Assembly (NCBI GenBank): GCA_963765495.1
Contig: CAVXWP010000002.1
Span: 1 to 64,000, forward strand
Reading direction: 5' to 3'
From: Blastocatellia bacterium
GTDB lineage: Bacteria > Acidobacteriota > Blastocatellia > UBA7656
DNA: 64,000 bases
The notes beneath the pieces were generated by a model that had not been told where the DNA came from, searched no databases, and worked only from the letters and a program-made list of their open reading frames with translations. The position numbers were made by a program, and so were the translations under genes. The stretch's first letter is position 1; each line of letters begins with the position of its first letter. Of the stretch, positions 19,778 through 30,716 are shown one piece after another.

Positions 19778-20509
19778 CTAATGACCCGGTGTGCTGCCTT
19801 CCGGCCATCGGGCAAAGAACCCGTCTGTCCATACAATATCTTCGTCGAAGCTGTCTGGTGGAAATCCAGCTACCGAATAGCGCGAACTCTCATACTTTCC
19901 GTCGCGGCCTGGGCTGCGGATGAACATGACCTGCGGGTCTAACACGCGTTGCCCAACTTTCAAATAGTATTCATAGGGATGCCCCCAGCCGTCTTTCTCC
20001 GGAATGTTTTGTAAGTACTGAGGCACGAGCAATTTCTTCAGGTCATCCAAAGTAATCGGCGCGTGATCTTTGAGATCCACCTCTTTGGCCTGTCCTTGCG
20101 CGACAAGATGAGTCACAAGCACGCTCCTTGGCCGTCCTGCTTGAAAGTCCAGGCTGTCGGGGCTGTTAACTGCCAGGCTCACGGGTATGGGGGAAATCCC
20201 TGGGGGATCTGGTCCTCTGTCACCTACCTGATCTGTGAGCCAGCTAAACATGGCAGTGCCAGTGTTTCTAATATCTGCAACCGTCTGCTTCTGCTTTTCC
20301 CGATCTTGTTCCAGTTGTTGCTGCTTCTGCTTCGCCTGATCCTGTTCTTGTTGTTGTTTATCCTGTTTGGCACGATCCTGTTCCTGCTGTTGTTGATCCT
20401 GCTTCACTTGATTCTGCTCTTGGAAGTACGGTCTGAGTCCAAAATAAGCTGCAACGGCAATTGCAGCAGTGACGACCAGAACTGCCAGAATCTTCCCTAA
20501 TTTCATCAA
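19778..20509 (-). CDS. Type II secretion GspG/pseudopilin-like domain protein with Q-rich linker
   Basis: N-terminal TM, TVADIRNTGTAM helix and KDGWGHPYEY...IRSPGRDG motif. Confidence 0.7.
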   Translation of the reverse strand: MMKLGKILAVLVVTAAIAVAAYFGLRPYFQEQNQVKQDQQQQEQDRAKQDKQQQEQDQAKQKQQQLEQDREKQKQTVADIRNTGTAMFSWLTDQVGDRGPDPPGISPIPVSLAVNSPDSLDFQAGRPRSVLVTHLVAQGQAKEVDLKDHAPITLDDLKKLLVPQYLQNIPEKDGWGHPYEYYLKVGQRVLDPQVMFIRSPGRDGKYESSRYSVAGFPPDSFDEDIVWTDGFFARWPEGSTPGH

Positions 20510-20760
20510 CGCCTCCTTAATTAATATTGAGGCTGTAGAGGATACAGAAAATAGGGCAGCTATTCAATTGACCTACCCAGGTTGTCAGGTGAAATCAAGT
20601 ATTCAGCCTAAATATAGAATTAAGAATTTTCGGGCAACCGAGCGAGCCTAACGCCGAGTTCAGCGGCGCGCCGGTAGCTGATGGAACGCGAGACGGTGGT
20701 ATGCGCGTCCGCTGGAATGAGCAGTTAGGCTGAGTCCATTTTCGATCTATTTCCACCTTT

Positions 20761-21252
20761 TCAAATACTCTCAGCAAAACGAATAACCCAGTCTTTCTGT
20801 TCTACAGTGTCCGGCACTTCGCAACCTCTTGCAATCTGAATTTGTTCAAAAGCATCTTCGACTTTCGCACCGTTGTTTACCAAAAGCAGAGCAGCAATCA
20901 TCGCAGAGCGACCAACACCCTGCCTGCAATGAATAACTATGTTCTTCTCTTCTGACAAAAGCCTTTCGACATCCCTGAGAAAACTCATTGTTTCTATGCG
21001 TGATGTTGGGACACCTCTGTCAGCAATAGGGAAATGGATGAAGGCAATGCCTGTTTTCTCGCAAAGTGTCTGTTCCTGCGTAAGATCGAGTTCTGAGATT
21101 TCATCATTTTCAAGAAGAGAAACGATAACATCAGCGTGAGATTGGTGAAGAGAAGCAATTTCATCTTCAAGCCAATCACCACCGCGAGGACGTGGAATGA
21201 TCCCGATGTGGCCAGAATCAGATTGATTAATCCAGAACACCTTTACATGCAT
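20761..21252 (-). CDS. Protein-tyrosine/dual-specificity phosphatase
   Basis: HCRQGVGRS (CX5R) and FPIADRGVP motifs. Confidence 0.9.
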   Translation of the reverse strand: MHVKVFWINQSDSGHIGIIPRPRGGDWLEDEIASLHQSHADVIVSLLENDEISELDLTQEQTLCEKTGIAFIHFPIADRGVPTSRIETMSFLRDVERLLSEEKNIVIHCRQGVGRSAMIAALLLVNNGAKVEDAFEQIQIARGCEVPDTVEQKDWVIRFAESI

Positions 21253-21271
21253 TTTCGATTCAAGTAGGGGA

Positions 21272-22762
21272 GCCTGCTATGAAAATAAGAGTAGGTGTTG
21301 ATCAGGCAGCTTGCTCGACCTCTTCAACAGTTACTCTCAAGCCCGTCCCCTCAAGCTGTCGGATTAATCTTCGCCGCTGCTTCTCTACATTCCTTTTGTC
21401 CAGATAATCTACTCCCAACTCTTTGTAACCGGCTCTCTCTTCTAAGACGTGATATACAATCACAAGTATCGAATGTGCTATTGCTACCAGCGCCTTCTTC
21501 TTCCCCATTCTCTTGACCAGCCTTTTGTACTTCGCTGCAAGGAAACAATCCTTCTGATGCGTTGCTGCCCAGGCTGCCTGCACAAGGGCTGCTTTTAGAT
21601 AGCTATTGCCCTTTTGGGTTCTTCCACTCTTTCGTTTTCCTGCCGATTGATTATTACTGGGACAGATCGAAGCCCAACTTGAGAGATTCTTGTCTGTTGG
21701 GAAGCAGCTCATATCTACTCCAATCTCAGAGACAATGATCTGGGCTAAGGTCTTTGCGACTCCTGGAATAGAATCGAGAAGCTCAACAGCTTGCTTAACA
21801 AAAGGGTCTGGGGAAGTTTCGACCTCCTGGCTGATCTTCTCTTCAACCCTCTTAATAGAGGATTCAACCGAGTCATACTGATCGAGGAGTTCTTTAAGAA
21901 TCCAGCGTTGGGCAGAAGTGAGGCGACCGTGCAAAGCACGCTTCAAGTCAGCCTTCTTACGCTTCATCCTCCGACGAGCAAGGTCGCTGATCTTGTCAGC
22001 ATCGGTTTGACCATCAGCCAAAGCTCTCAGCATCAGCCTGCCGCTAACCCCCAAAGCATCACTAGCGACTTGAGCGAGCTTGATATTGGCGCTTTCAATC
22101 AACTTCTGAATGCGATTGGCAAGAGCAGTCTGCTCACGGATAAGGCTCTGGCGGTAGCGAGTCAAATCCCTGAGTTCACGGATATGAGGAGGAGGGATAA
22201 AGCTGGGACGAAGCAGACCGTGACGAAGCAGGTCAGCAAGCCACTCACAATCCTTAACATCAGTCTTTCTGCCAGGAACAGCTTTGACGTGGCGGGCATT
22301 AACCAAAATAACCTCCAGGGAGGATTCGAGGATATTGAAAACAGGCTTCCAGTAAACGCCAGTACTTTCAATAGCGACGTGAGTGCAGCCTTGAGAAGTG
22401 AGCCAGTCGAGCAGGGCAAGCAAATCATCAGTCATGGTTGAGAAAGTGCGAACCTCTTTGTTGCCGTCAGTGATGAGGCAGGCGACAACGGTGCGAGCGT
22501 GAACATCAATACCACAGCAAGAGTTGTAAAGAATCTGCATGATAGAACTCCTTTCGGCATTGGCGGGGAGCCTCAAAACAAAAGAGACTGCTATGCGTGC
22601 TCGAAGCAACAAGTTGTGATGCCTGAAAAGGCTCCCCAAGTCAAACTAACGACCGGGCTAAAGGCACCAAGGCCCGACGACCTATCAGCCAATGACCAGA
22701 AGGAAGGATACATAAACTCTCAGACATTTTCATCCGTCGTGAAGAAGCCTTGCTTCATGGAT
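21272..22762 (-). mobile_element. IS110-family element type 1, second copy, in the attC R' core
   Basis: Inverted identical copy of 11869-13359; removing it restores GGAGCCTAACGAC. Confidence 0.92.
21302..22540 (-). CDS. IS110 family transposase/recombinase
   Basis: Identical protein to 12091..13329. Confidence 0.95.
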   Translation of the reverse strand: MQILYNSCCGIDVHARTVVACLITDGNKEVRTFSTMTDDLLALLDWLTSQGCTHVAIESTGVYWKPVFNILESSLEVILVNARHVKAVPGRKTDVKDCEWLADLLRHGLLRPSFIPPPHIRELRDLTRYRQSLIREQTALANRIQKLIESANIKLAQVASDALGVSGRLMLRALADGQTDADKISDLARRRMKRKKADLKRALHGRLTSAQRWILKELLDQYDSVESSIKRVEEKISQEVETSPDPFVKQAVELLDSIPGVAKTLAQIIVSEIGVDMSCFPTDKNLSSWASICPSNNQSAGKRKSGRTQKGNSYLKAALVQAAWAATHQKDCFLAAKYKRLVKRMGKKKALVAIAHSILVIVYHVLEERAGYKELGVDYLDKRNVEKQRRRLIRQLEGTGLRVTVEEVEQAA

Positions 22763-22847
22763 GCCTAACGACGAGATAACCGGCCCGCTGTGGCCAAAGG
22801 GATAATGAATCGCTGGCACGCGGGTCCGGTTGATTGAGCGGTTAGGC

Positions 22848-23177
22848 GGCTCTTTTCTCTCACTCATTTCCTCTCCCTCTTGGCTCAATTTCTTTTTCCC
22901 TTCTGCCTCATCTTTCCCATTAGCTTCTTTCTCGTTGCTTTCGTGCTATTTGATTCGCCCCGTCATTTCTCCCAAAGTTGTCTGTTTGGGCCAAGGCTGT
23001 GCAGGTACTCTCGCTTGAAGAGGCTCTCAGGATGGCAGGGCTTTTGTGCGACCAGCAGAAATCGAGGGTAAATCGAGCAATGAAAAGCGAGCAGATTGAT
23101 TGTCCTCGCGATGAGTTTGCTATCAGGTCATTGAATGATTACCTGTTGAGTCGCTTCCATTTCAACGGTGTTCTGAC
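22848..23177 (-). other. ORF-less cassette family A (copy 6, divergent)
   Basis: GCGACTCAACAGG...ATCGCGAGGACAA..CTGCTCGCTTT, followed by a purine-rich tail. Confidence 0.7.
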
Positions 23178-23262
23178 GCCTAACGACGAGATAACCGGCC
23201 CGCTGTGGGTGAAGGGATAACGAGGAGTTGGTTTGCGGGTCCGGTTGATCGACTTGTTAGGC

Positions 23263-23602
23263 GGCTCCCCTTGCTGATTTATCTCTTCGCCTTCGCTCGT
23301 TTTCATCTTCCAATCCTCTTCCTCCCTTCTCTTTGCAGTTTCTTCCTGACTGCTTAAAAGCTGTTTGCCTGGTCGAAAGCTTCCTTCCCAAGCAGGTCTG
23401 CTTTGGCCAAGGCTTATCAGGCAAACTGGCTTGAAGAGGCTCTTTGGCAAATAACCCAGAGACAGAGCATAGCTGAAAGCACTGCATTGTAGAAGTGTGA
23501 GTCTGATGAAGGCGAGAAGATTGATCGTTCTCGGCAGCGACTCCAAAGCAGGTCTTTTTGGCATTGCTTGACGAATCGTTTCCTCTCTATCGATGTCCTG
23601 AC
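23263..23602 (-). other. ORF-less cassette family A (copy 7, divergent)
   Basis: GGAAACGATTCGTCAAGCA...CTCGCCTTC, followed by a purine-rich tail. Confidence 0.7.
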
Positions 23603-23733
23603 GCCTAACGACGAGTTCAGCGGCGCGCTGTGGTGAAAGGGATAGCCAGAAGGTGGAATGCGCGTCCGCTGGAATGAGCAGTTAGGCTCGTTCCTTCTCA
23701 AGTGATAGCCTTCTCATCAGGTTTTGCAGCTCC

Positions 23734-24162
23734 TTAGGGGTTTCGTTTTCTGACCCTAATCAACTCACACCCTGATTTGTATAGCCTTTCCCAGATGCCA
23801 GTGTTTCTCACTTCTTTCCATTCGTTTTCTGCTTCCCTTTGTGCCAAATCTATTTCTTCCCCTCTGCCATCAAACATCTCCACTTTATTAACCCGGTATT
23901 GCCTCACGTCACATTTGAATTCTACAGTTTCAATTACACTTTTGTATTTGACGGCAAAGCCTTTCGACAAGGGTATTGCTTTGGAAAGTGTAATGCGGAA
24001 TCGGAGGCGTCCGCTGAAAGCAGTGCTGAAGATCACATTAGCAACATCTAGATCGACAGTAGAATCTTCATAAGTTGCTATGCGTTGCCATTTCTCTTTT
24101 ACTTGAGCTTGTGTGCACGACAATAGCATTGAGAAAAGGATCAGACTGAAAATCACTCGCAT
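23734..24162 (-). CDS. Putative lipoprotein (surface-adhesin E-like)
   Basis: LLSC lipobox-like signal; W...EFKCD...FDGRG...C pattern; GAGGAGG RBS. Confidence 0.7.
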   Translation of the reverse strand: MRVIFSLILFSMLLSCTQAQVKEKWQRIATYEDSTVDLDVANVIFSTAFSGRLRFRITLSKAIPLSKGFAVKYKSVIETVEFKCDVRQYRVNKVEMFDGRGEEIDLAQREAENEWKEVRNTGIWERLYKSGCELIRVRKRNP

Positions 24163-24320
24163 CGTAATACCTCCTCAAAGGGCGATTCTTTTCGCCTAAC
24201 ACAGTAATGAATGGCTGATATTCATTTTTTTGCTGCCTAACGACGGAGATAACCGGCCCGCAGTGGCCACAGGGATAATGAAACGGTGGTATGCGGGTCC
24301 GGTTGATTGAGCAGTTAGGC

Positions 24321-24675
24321 GGCCCCTTGAGTGCTTCATTTTCTTGAGCCTTGCTGACCCTGATCCTCCTATTTTCAGTCTCACTTTCTGAGACAGCTTT
24401 TCCTGTCATTGCCAAGGAAGCAGCTTGATGTGCAAGCTTTGTCCTTCCCAATCAGGCTTCTCTACCCCTTGCCTCAACAGGCAATTGCCCTGCGAAAGTA
24501 TCTTTTCGAGGCAGCATTATCATTGAGCCAGAGTGAATAATCCTTTGGAAGAAACATCCTATGAAGGAACAAGAGAAGAGAGAAGCGAGCAGGTGGCTGT
24601 CCTGGCGATGACTTCCCTGAGCATGTTTTCGTAGCGTTGCTTGATGAGTCGTCTCCCTCTCATCGACGTTCTGAC
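24321..24675 (-). other. ORF-less cassette family A (copy 8)
   Basis: Family A motifs. Confidence 0.8.
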
Positions 24676-24769
24676 GCCTAACGACGAGATAACCGGCCCG
24701 CTGTGGTTGAAGGGATAATGAAACGGTGGTATGCGGGTCCGGTTGATTGAGCAGTTAGGCTCCGTACTG

Positions 24770-25249
24770 CTATAGGTTATTTGCCCTCTCGAAATCCAAC
24801 GCACTTTGAATCGAAGGAGCAATTAGATCGCAGAACTGAGTGCCATTCGTCCAAAGAACGTGGGCTGCCTGTTGCCCCTCTTTGCCGCAACAATAAATGG
24901 CGACAATTCTTCTTCCAACTCTATGTCTCTTGGCATTCAATTTAGAGGTCCGGTTGATAATTCTATACCCATCAAAACTCAATTCTTCATCCAACGCTTT
25001 ATCTGCACTTCTAGCAGAAGAAAATTCATTGCAATTAAGATAGGGCTTCCAATCTGGTAAGTAATAATCATCTGGATTAGGTGATAGTCCTCCGGAAGGT
25101 CGTGGTGTGGTTTCTTTTGTAGAGGGTCGCAGAGTATTTCGGATAGACGCTGGCTGCAAGTGGCGAGTAGACATGCAAAGGAAGGCGAGTGCCACGCCAG
25201 TTATAAAGGACAGGATTGCAATGCCTATGCGTGAAAATAAGGAGACCAT
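24770..25249 (-). CDS. Duplicate of cassette gene 1185-1664
   Basis: Identical translation. Confidence 0.8.
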   Translation of the reverse strand: MVSLFSRIGIAILSFITGVALAFLCMSTRHLQPASIRNTLRPSTKETTPRPSGGLSPNPDDYYLPDWKPYLNCNEFSSARSADKALDEELSFDGYRIINRTSKLNAKRHRVGRRIVAIYCCGKEGQQAAHVLWTNGTQFCDLIAPSIQSALDFERANNL

Positions 25250-25419
25250 TAAATCCTCCTATGCCCGAGAGAACGAGCTATTTAGTAGATGCTTGCAACT
25301 CAATTCAGTCTCGGTCATACCCAAGTCATTGGAGCCTAACGCCGGAGATAACCGGCCCGCTGTGGGCTCAGGGATAATGAAGGGTTGGAATGCGGGTCCG
25401 GTTGATGGACCAGTTAGGC

Positions 25420-25612
25420 GCATTCCACCTTGAAGGTTCGGTAAAGATACCACTGTCGAAATGCCAAGCCGCGCCAACAGATAGCTTCGACTCAACCGGA
25501 ATTTATCGGGTAGCGCGGCGCAGTGATTGTGTCAGTACACTTTGTAGACATGTAGTCTGATTGCTTGGTTGACGATCAGTGTAGCTCATTATCACGGATC
25601 GCTTCCCTGTGC
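25420..25612 (-). other. ORF-less cassette family B short variant (duplicate)
   Basis: Identical to 9869-10061. Confidence 0.7.
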
Positions 25613-25698
25613 GCTTAACGACGAGTTCAGCGGCGCGCTGGTAGCAGATGGAACACGAGAAGGTGGAATGCGCGTCCGCTGGAATGAGCAGTTAGGCT

Positions 25699-27182
25699 CA
25701 ATACCTGTCAAATAAGCCACGAGACGGCATTTATGGCATACTTTCGAGTTGATAGAAACGAAAGTTGTCAAGGAGCCGCCTCGCTTGAGTTACAAAATAC
25801 GCCATATTACCGATGAACGAAAGTTCTGTGATCATCTCTCTATTGATGCCATCTCTGATGCCGTCTCTATTGAATTAATCCAAGAGGTTCTTGATCTCCA
25901 CAATGCCTCTCACAAACGACATCGCAAACTCACTATGAGCGCTGTCGTGCTCATTATCATCGCTATGAATCTGTTTTCACATTTCTCTATTGGACATGTC
26001 GTGCGGAGAGTCTTTCAGGGTTTGCGTTTCATCTGGCCTGATCCTGACTTTCCTCCTCCTAAACACAATGCAATATCTTATCGTCGTTACCAGTTGGGGC
26101 CTCGTCCTTTAGTCTCATTGTTTCATCGTGTTGCACAACCTATGGCAACAGATGAAACTCGTGGCGCTTTTGCATTTGGACTGCGATTAATGGCCCTTGA
26201 CGGCTCTATTGAAGAAGCCCCGGACACTCCGGAAAATGATGCTGCTTTTGGGCGGTTGGCTTCTGATCGCGGGAAGTGTTGCTTCGTGCAAATTCAGGCT
26301 GTCTACCTTGTAGAATGTGGCACTCATGCCATTATTGATGCAGGATTTTGGCCTGCAAAAAGCAGTGAACGAGTTGGAGGTTTTCGCCTGCTAAGAAGCC
26401 TGGGAAAAGGGATGCTTTTGATGTGGGATAGAGGCTTTCACTCCTATGATATGGTAGTTGCGACACTTGAGCGAGGGTCTCAATGTCTTGGTAGATTGCC
26501 TGACAATGTGAAACCGGAACACCTTTGCACGCTAGAAGATGGAACGTGGTTAGGCTATATCAGACCAACACAAAAAGGACGGCGAAATAAAGAAGACAAA
26601 CAGTTGGTTCGGATAATCTCTTACACTTTTACAGACCCGACCCAAGCAGGATACCAGAAGAGATACCGCATAGTCACAACACTATTGGATGAAAGGAAGT
26701 ATCCGGCCAAAGAGTTGGTGTGTTTGTATCACGAGCGATGGGAAATCGAGATAGTCATAGATGAGATAGATACACATCAACGACTAGCAGGAAGGCCATT
26801 GAGAAGCCTAAAACCAGAGGGAGTCATACAAGAGTTATACGCATTATTGATAGCGCATTATGCAGTAAGAAAACTGATACACGAAGCAGCAAATGAGGCA
26901 GAAGTAGACCCGGATCGGATAAGTTTTGTAGGAGCATTGAGGATAATCCAAGAAGCAATACCAGAATTCCAAATGGTAGAAAAGGAGCAAAAGGAGCAAT
27001 TATACAAGAGGCTATTGAGAGATATAGGAGAGCAAAGGTTACCAGAAAGGCGAGCCAGATCGAATCCGCGAGTAGTGAAGAGAAAGATGAGTGGGTTCAA
27101 TCTGAAGCGACCACAGCATTACAACTGGCCCAAGCCACAGCTACGATTTTGTGATGCTATTTTGCTTATTTGACAGGTATTG
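25699..27182 (+). mobile_element. IS4 family element inserted at attC core
   Basis: TIR CAATACCTGTCAAATAAGC; 10-bp DR CAGTTAGGCT. Confidence 0.93.
25749..27173 (+). CDS. IS4 family transposase
   Basis: ALDGS, WDRGF and YHERWEIE (Y-2-R-3-E) motifs. Confidence 0.93.
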   Translation: MIETKVVKEPPRLSYKIRHITDERKFCDHLSIDAISDAVSIELIQEVLDLHNASHKRHRKLTMSAVVLIIIAMNLFSHFSIGHVVRRVFQGLRFIWPDPDFPPPKHNAISYRRYQLGPRPLVSLFHRVAQPMATDETRGAFAFGLRLMALDGSIEEAPDTPENDAAFGRLASDRGKCCFVQIQAVYLVECGTHAIIDAGFWPAKSSERVGGFRLLRSLGKGMLLMWDRGFHSYDMVVATLERGSQCLGRLPDNVKPEHLCTLEDGTWLGYIRPTQKGRRNKEDKQLVRIISYTFTDPTQAGYQKRYRIVTTLLDERKYPAKELVCLYHERWEIEIVIDEIDTHQRLAGRPLRSLKPEGVIQELYALLIAHYAVRKLIHEAANEAEVDPDRISFVGALRIIQEAIPEFQMVEKEQKEQLYKRLLRDIGEQRLPERRARSNPRVVKRKMSGFNLKRPQHYNWPKPQLRFCDAILLI

Positions 27183-27216
27183 CAGTTAGGCTGCGTCTCA
27201 AGGCTGCAATTTCTAT

Positions 27217-27549
27217 TCAGAATAGAGTGAGAATCCCAACGGAACTATCTTTCGCGAGCGATTCTACAACCTCATAGTTAGTACGAAGTATACTTTCAAT
27301 CTCTCTTGTTGTGCAGTTGCCACGCCTGATCCATATCACTTTCGGCGGATACCCCAATAGCACATTCAAGTCACTGAAATCGGCATCCCTCGTCACAATT
27401 ATAAAATCATTGTCTTGTGCATATTGCCAAATTACAAGATCTGGAGCCGCATCTAATCCGATAAGATAAACGTGACTTGAATCTGGATATAGATCGGCAA
27501 GCCGTCGAACCAGTCTCGGAGAAAGGTTCTGATCAAATAGTAGTTTCAC
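27217..27549 (-). CDS. DUF5615 PIN-like toxin
   Basis: MKLLFDQNLS...IVTRDADF. Confidence 0.9.
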   Translation of the reverse strand: MKLLFDQNLSPRLVRRLADLYPDSSHVYLIGLDAAPDLVIWQYAQDNDFIIVTRDADFSDLNVLLGYPPKVIWIRRGNCTTREIESILRTNYEVVESLAKDSSVGILTLF

Positions 27550-27770
27550 GCTTGAATCACCATCTGCTGATGCTCACGGTCAGCAGCATAGCTGAGACAA
27601 GCAATGATGTCTTCTTTTGTCAGATAAGGAAAATCATCTAGAATTTCTTGCTCAGTCATTCCAGCCGCTAAATATGAAAGTACATCATAGACGGTGATTC
27701 GCATCCCTCTAATGCAGGGTTTTCCCCCACGCTTGTCTGGCTCAATGGTGATCCGATCTTTGTAATTCAT
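27546..27770 (-). CDS. DUF433 antitoxin
   Basis: GGKPCIRGMRITV...EILDDFPYLT; 4-bp overlap with the toxin gene. Confidence 0.92.
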   Translation of the reverse strand: MNYKDRITIEPDKRGGKPCIRGMRITVYDVLSYLAAGMTEQEILDDFPYLTKEDIIACLSYAADREHQQMVIQA

Positions 27771-27890
27771 AGTGAGATATTAGCATATACGGTTGCCGGT
27801 AAGCAGCCTAACGACGAGTTCAGCGGCGCGCTGTGGTGAAAGGGATAGCCAGAAGGTGGAATGCGCGTCCGCTGGAATGAGCAGTTAGGC

Positions 27891-28281
27891 GGCTTCCTTC
27901 GCCTCTTCTTCCTCTCTCCCTCTTCTGTCATCTTCTTACTGACCTCTTCTCTTTTTGTCTGCTCTCCTCTTCTTGCTCCGATTCTTGTCGGGTCTTCTCT
28001 CCTAGCTTTGCTGGCAAGAATCTCTCGATCAGATCGGTTTCTGTTCGGATGCAGATTCTTGCCCGCCATTGAGTCGTCAGCCTCCTCCATTCTGTTTTCG
28101 TTGATTGTCTCAAGGAGATTGTCGAGATCGTGTAATGAGGAGAGCGAGATGTCTGGAAAACAAAGAGAGTAGGAGAGGGGAACGTGAATGCAAAGGCGAG
28201 CAAGTAGCAGTCCTCGCGGTGTCTCACCTGATCAAGTTTACACATCACAGCTTGATGAGTCGTGTCGCCTTTGAGATTGAC
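27891..28281 (-). other. ORF-less cassette family A (copy 9)
   Basis: Family A 5' domain, then a pyrimidine tract, then a purine tract. Confidence 0.75.
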
Positions 28282-28473
28282 GCCTAACGACGAGTTCAGC
28301 GGCGCGCTGTGGTGAAAGGGATAGCCAGAAGGTGGAATGCGCGTCGGCTGGAATGAGCAGTTAGGCGCAGTCCTTCCCGTCTTTTCAAATAAGCAAATAT
28401 ACCTCGTCTTGGGGTTGGTTCCTCATCCCTGATCTCTTAGCTCTATGAAGAAGTGGATTGGTATGCTTACGTT

Positions 28474-29068
28474 TCAATCTTGAATCCATGGTCTTGCTGC
28501 CATAAATGCTTTATCGCTCTCCAACTCTCTAACGAAAAACCTTAGCATGCTCTCAATAGATTCAAACTGACTTGTTCCAGGGTTCCATATCATTAAGTTT
28601 CCATCGGGCTCGAGTTTATATTCATACAAGTGATAATTTCGCAAATTGAAAGGTACCTCACTCTTGTCTGCCTTTTCGCGGAATAGGATAAACCTTTTGT
28701 GCATTAGCATCATCATTCCGAGCTCTAACATAACATTCGCATTATTTCCTGTTATATCTCCAATCCCGAAATGAGATGATTTAATGCTATCCATAAGATC
28801 ATCAAGAACATATCCTCTACCTGGAGTATATACATAGTGTTCTGCCTTGATACCCTTCATCTCAAGGAACACGTTAATGTTTTCTTGAACGGAGTTGAAT
28901 TTTTCTTCAAAAGGACGAGCAACAAAACCCGTTCGAAATGTACTTAGACCCATCTGATCTTTTGTCTTTAGAATTGTCTCGCGAAATAGTCTAATGCCTT
29001 CAAATGTGTGTCTCTGGTTATGTTGTGCTGCTTCAACTTTCCAAAGAATCCTTGCGATAGATTTAGAT
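28474..29068 (-). pseudogene. 5'-truncated gene with nucleoside 2-deoxyribosyltransferase/TIR-like C-terminal domain
   Basis: FVARPF...GDITGNNANVMLELG...VPFNL; the frame stays open up to the IS end at 29069. Confidence 0.7.
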
Positions 29069-29136
29069 CTAAGTACAGGACAAAAATGATCTTTGAAAAT
29101 GCATAAAAGGCCACCGCTGCTTTATCCTTTTCAAGA

Positions 29137-30679
29137 GTAACTACTCAGCCGCTAGTCGAGATCAGAGAAGACGAGCGGAAAAAAGTTTGGTTTCGTAATT
29201 TGATTAGGCTATGAGACGTGATGAAATCCAAGCTGTGTATAGCGAAGGAGTTGATGCGGTTGTCTCCTTGGTCGAACGTCTCTTTAGCATCATCGAAACT
29301 CAGCGTCTTGATATTGAAGTTCTGAAAACTCAAGTCAAAGACCTCCAACAGCGTCTGGCGATGACCTCCTCCAATAGCAGCAAGCCGCCATCTTCTGATG
29401 GTTTCAATAAACAGACACGCTCCTTGCGAAAGAAAAGTAAGAAGAAAAGAGGGGGACAAAAAGGCCACCCTGGCTCTCGCCTGGCCTTGCGCGAGTTGCC
29501 TGATTCTACACTTTTGCATCACCCCCAAAGTTGTTCTTCTTGTGGGCGTTCGTTGGCAGAAGTCTTGCCCCGAATCCTCGATGAGCGCCGACAAGTCTTT
29601 GATTTGCCACCCTTGTCTGTGGAAGTTACAGAGCATCGGATCAGCAAGAAAAGCTGTCCCGGTTGCCGAAGCGAAACGCTTGGCGAGTTTCCTCTCGACG
29701 TGCAAAAGGGAGTCAGCTATGGCAGCCGAATTAAAGGCTTTCTCCTCTATTTGCACAAAGGCCAACTGATCCCGAGCCGACGGAGTTGTCAGATTGTCGA
29801 GGATCTGTTTTCTCAGGCGGTCTCGGAAGGCACCTTGCAGACCATCACCAGAGAAGGTTCCAAAGAGTTGGAAGAAGGTTGCGAGTTGATCAAAGCGGCA
29901 ATCACCAGGGCGGAGGTGGTGAATTTTGATGAGACCGGAATCTATGTTGAGAAGCATCGAGATTGGTTGCACAGCAGTTCGACAAATCGCCTCACCTATT
30001 ATGCTGTGGATTCTCAGCGGGGGCGAGAAGCGATAGAAAGAATCGGCATCTTGCCCCGGTTTGCTGGCATCGCTTGTCACGATGCTCTGGCTTCTTATCT
30101 GAGCTATTGGTGCCAGCACGCTTTGTGCAACGCACATCACTTGCGAGAGTTGACGTTTTTGCAAGAGGTTCAAAGTAGAATCTGGGCCGGGGAGATGAAA
30201 CGGCTGCTGGTGAGCATCAAAAGGGCTGTAGAACGGGCTCGCGCCAAGAGAAAAACGGCGTTGAGCAAGAGCACACAAACAAGATTTGTGAATGCTTATC
30301 AAGCGATTTTGCAACGCGGGTTCGAGCGCGAACAACAAGAGTTGATGCCACGGCAACCAAGAGGAAAACGCGGACGCAAAAAACAGTCGAAAGCGAAGAA
30401 CCTGTTGGACAGATTGTGCAAGTATCAAGAAGAGACGTTGCGATTCATGCGAGACTTTCGGGTGCCGTTTGACAACAACTTGGCCGAGCGCGACCTCAGA
30501 ATGATGAAAGTGCAGCAGAAAATATCGGGTTGCTTCCGCACGAAAGAAGGAGCGACGGACTTCTGCCGCATCCGCAGTTATATCTCGACGATGAAAAAGC
30601 AAGGTCATAATCTTTTAGAAGCACTCAGAAGTGTCTTCGCAGGAAATCCTATACTACCCGACACTGGCTGAGTAGTTAC
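29137..30679 (+). mobile_element. IS66 family element (single-ORF type)
   Basis: TIR GTAACTACTCAGCC; 8-bp DR TTTCAAGA. Confidence 0.93.
29211..30671 (+). CDS. IS66 family transposase
   Basis: NSSKPPSSD, GGQKGHPG, zinc finger, FDETG, CNAHHLREL and DNNLAERDLR motifs. Confidence 0.95.
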   Translation: MRRDEIQAVYSEGVDAVVSLVERLFSIIETQRLDIEVLKTQVKDLQQRLAMTSSNSSKPPSSDGFNKQTRSLRKKSKKKRGGQKGHPGSRLALRELPDSTLLHHPQSCSSCGRSLAEVLPRILDERRQVFDLPPLSVEVTEHRISKKSCPGCRSETLGEFPLDVQKGVSYGSRIKGFLLYLHKGQLIPSRRSCQIVEDLFSQAVSEGTLQTITREGSKELEEGCELIKAAITRAEVVNFDETGIYVEKHRDWLHSSSTNRLTYYAVDSQRGREAIERIGILPRFAGIACHDALASYLSYWCQHALCNAHHLRELTFLQEVQSRIWAGEMKRLLVSIKRAVERARAKRKTALSKSTQTRFVNAYQAILQRGFEREQQELMPRQPRGKRGRKKQSKAKNLLDRLCKYQEETLRFMRDFRVPFDNNLAERDLRMMKVQQKISGCFRTKEGATDFCRIRSYISTMKKQGHNLLEALRSVFAGNPILPDTG

Positions 30680-30716
30680 TTTCAAGAACTGTAAACACTT
30701 GAGAGGAGAAAGCACG

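Larger units (their letters stand above)
424..28366 (-). repeat. attC: Integron cassette array, left arm: 32 attC sites with top strand on minus
   Basis: Imperfect palindromes of ~85 bp with RYYYAAC/GTTRRRY cores and an L''/L' pair (TTCCAGC vs GCTGAA, or ATCAACC vs GGTTAT) with extrahelical bases. Starts at 424, 1091, 1749, 2097, 3066, 3578, 6684, 7205, 7871, 9208, 9783, 10062, 10503, 11783, 13621, 15746, 16458, 17248, 18317, 19167, 19429, 19667, 20646, 22763, 23178, 23603, 24235, 24676, 25334, 25613, 27806, 28282. Intervening cassette genes are all minus-strand, and several stop codons overlap R''. Confidence 0.95.

Noticed and set aside
29145-30608. 487-aa minus-strand ORF
   Set aside because: Antisense shadow of the IS66 transposase.
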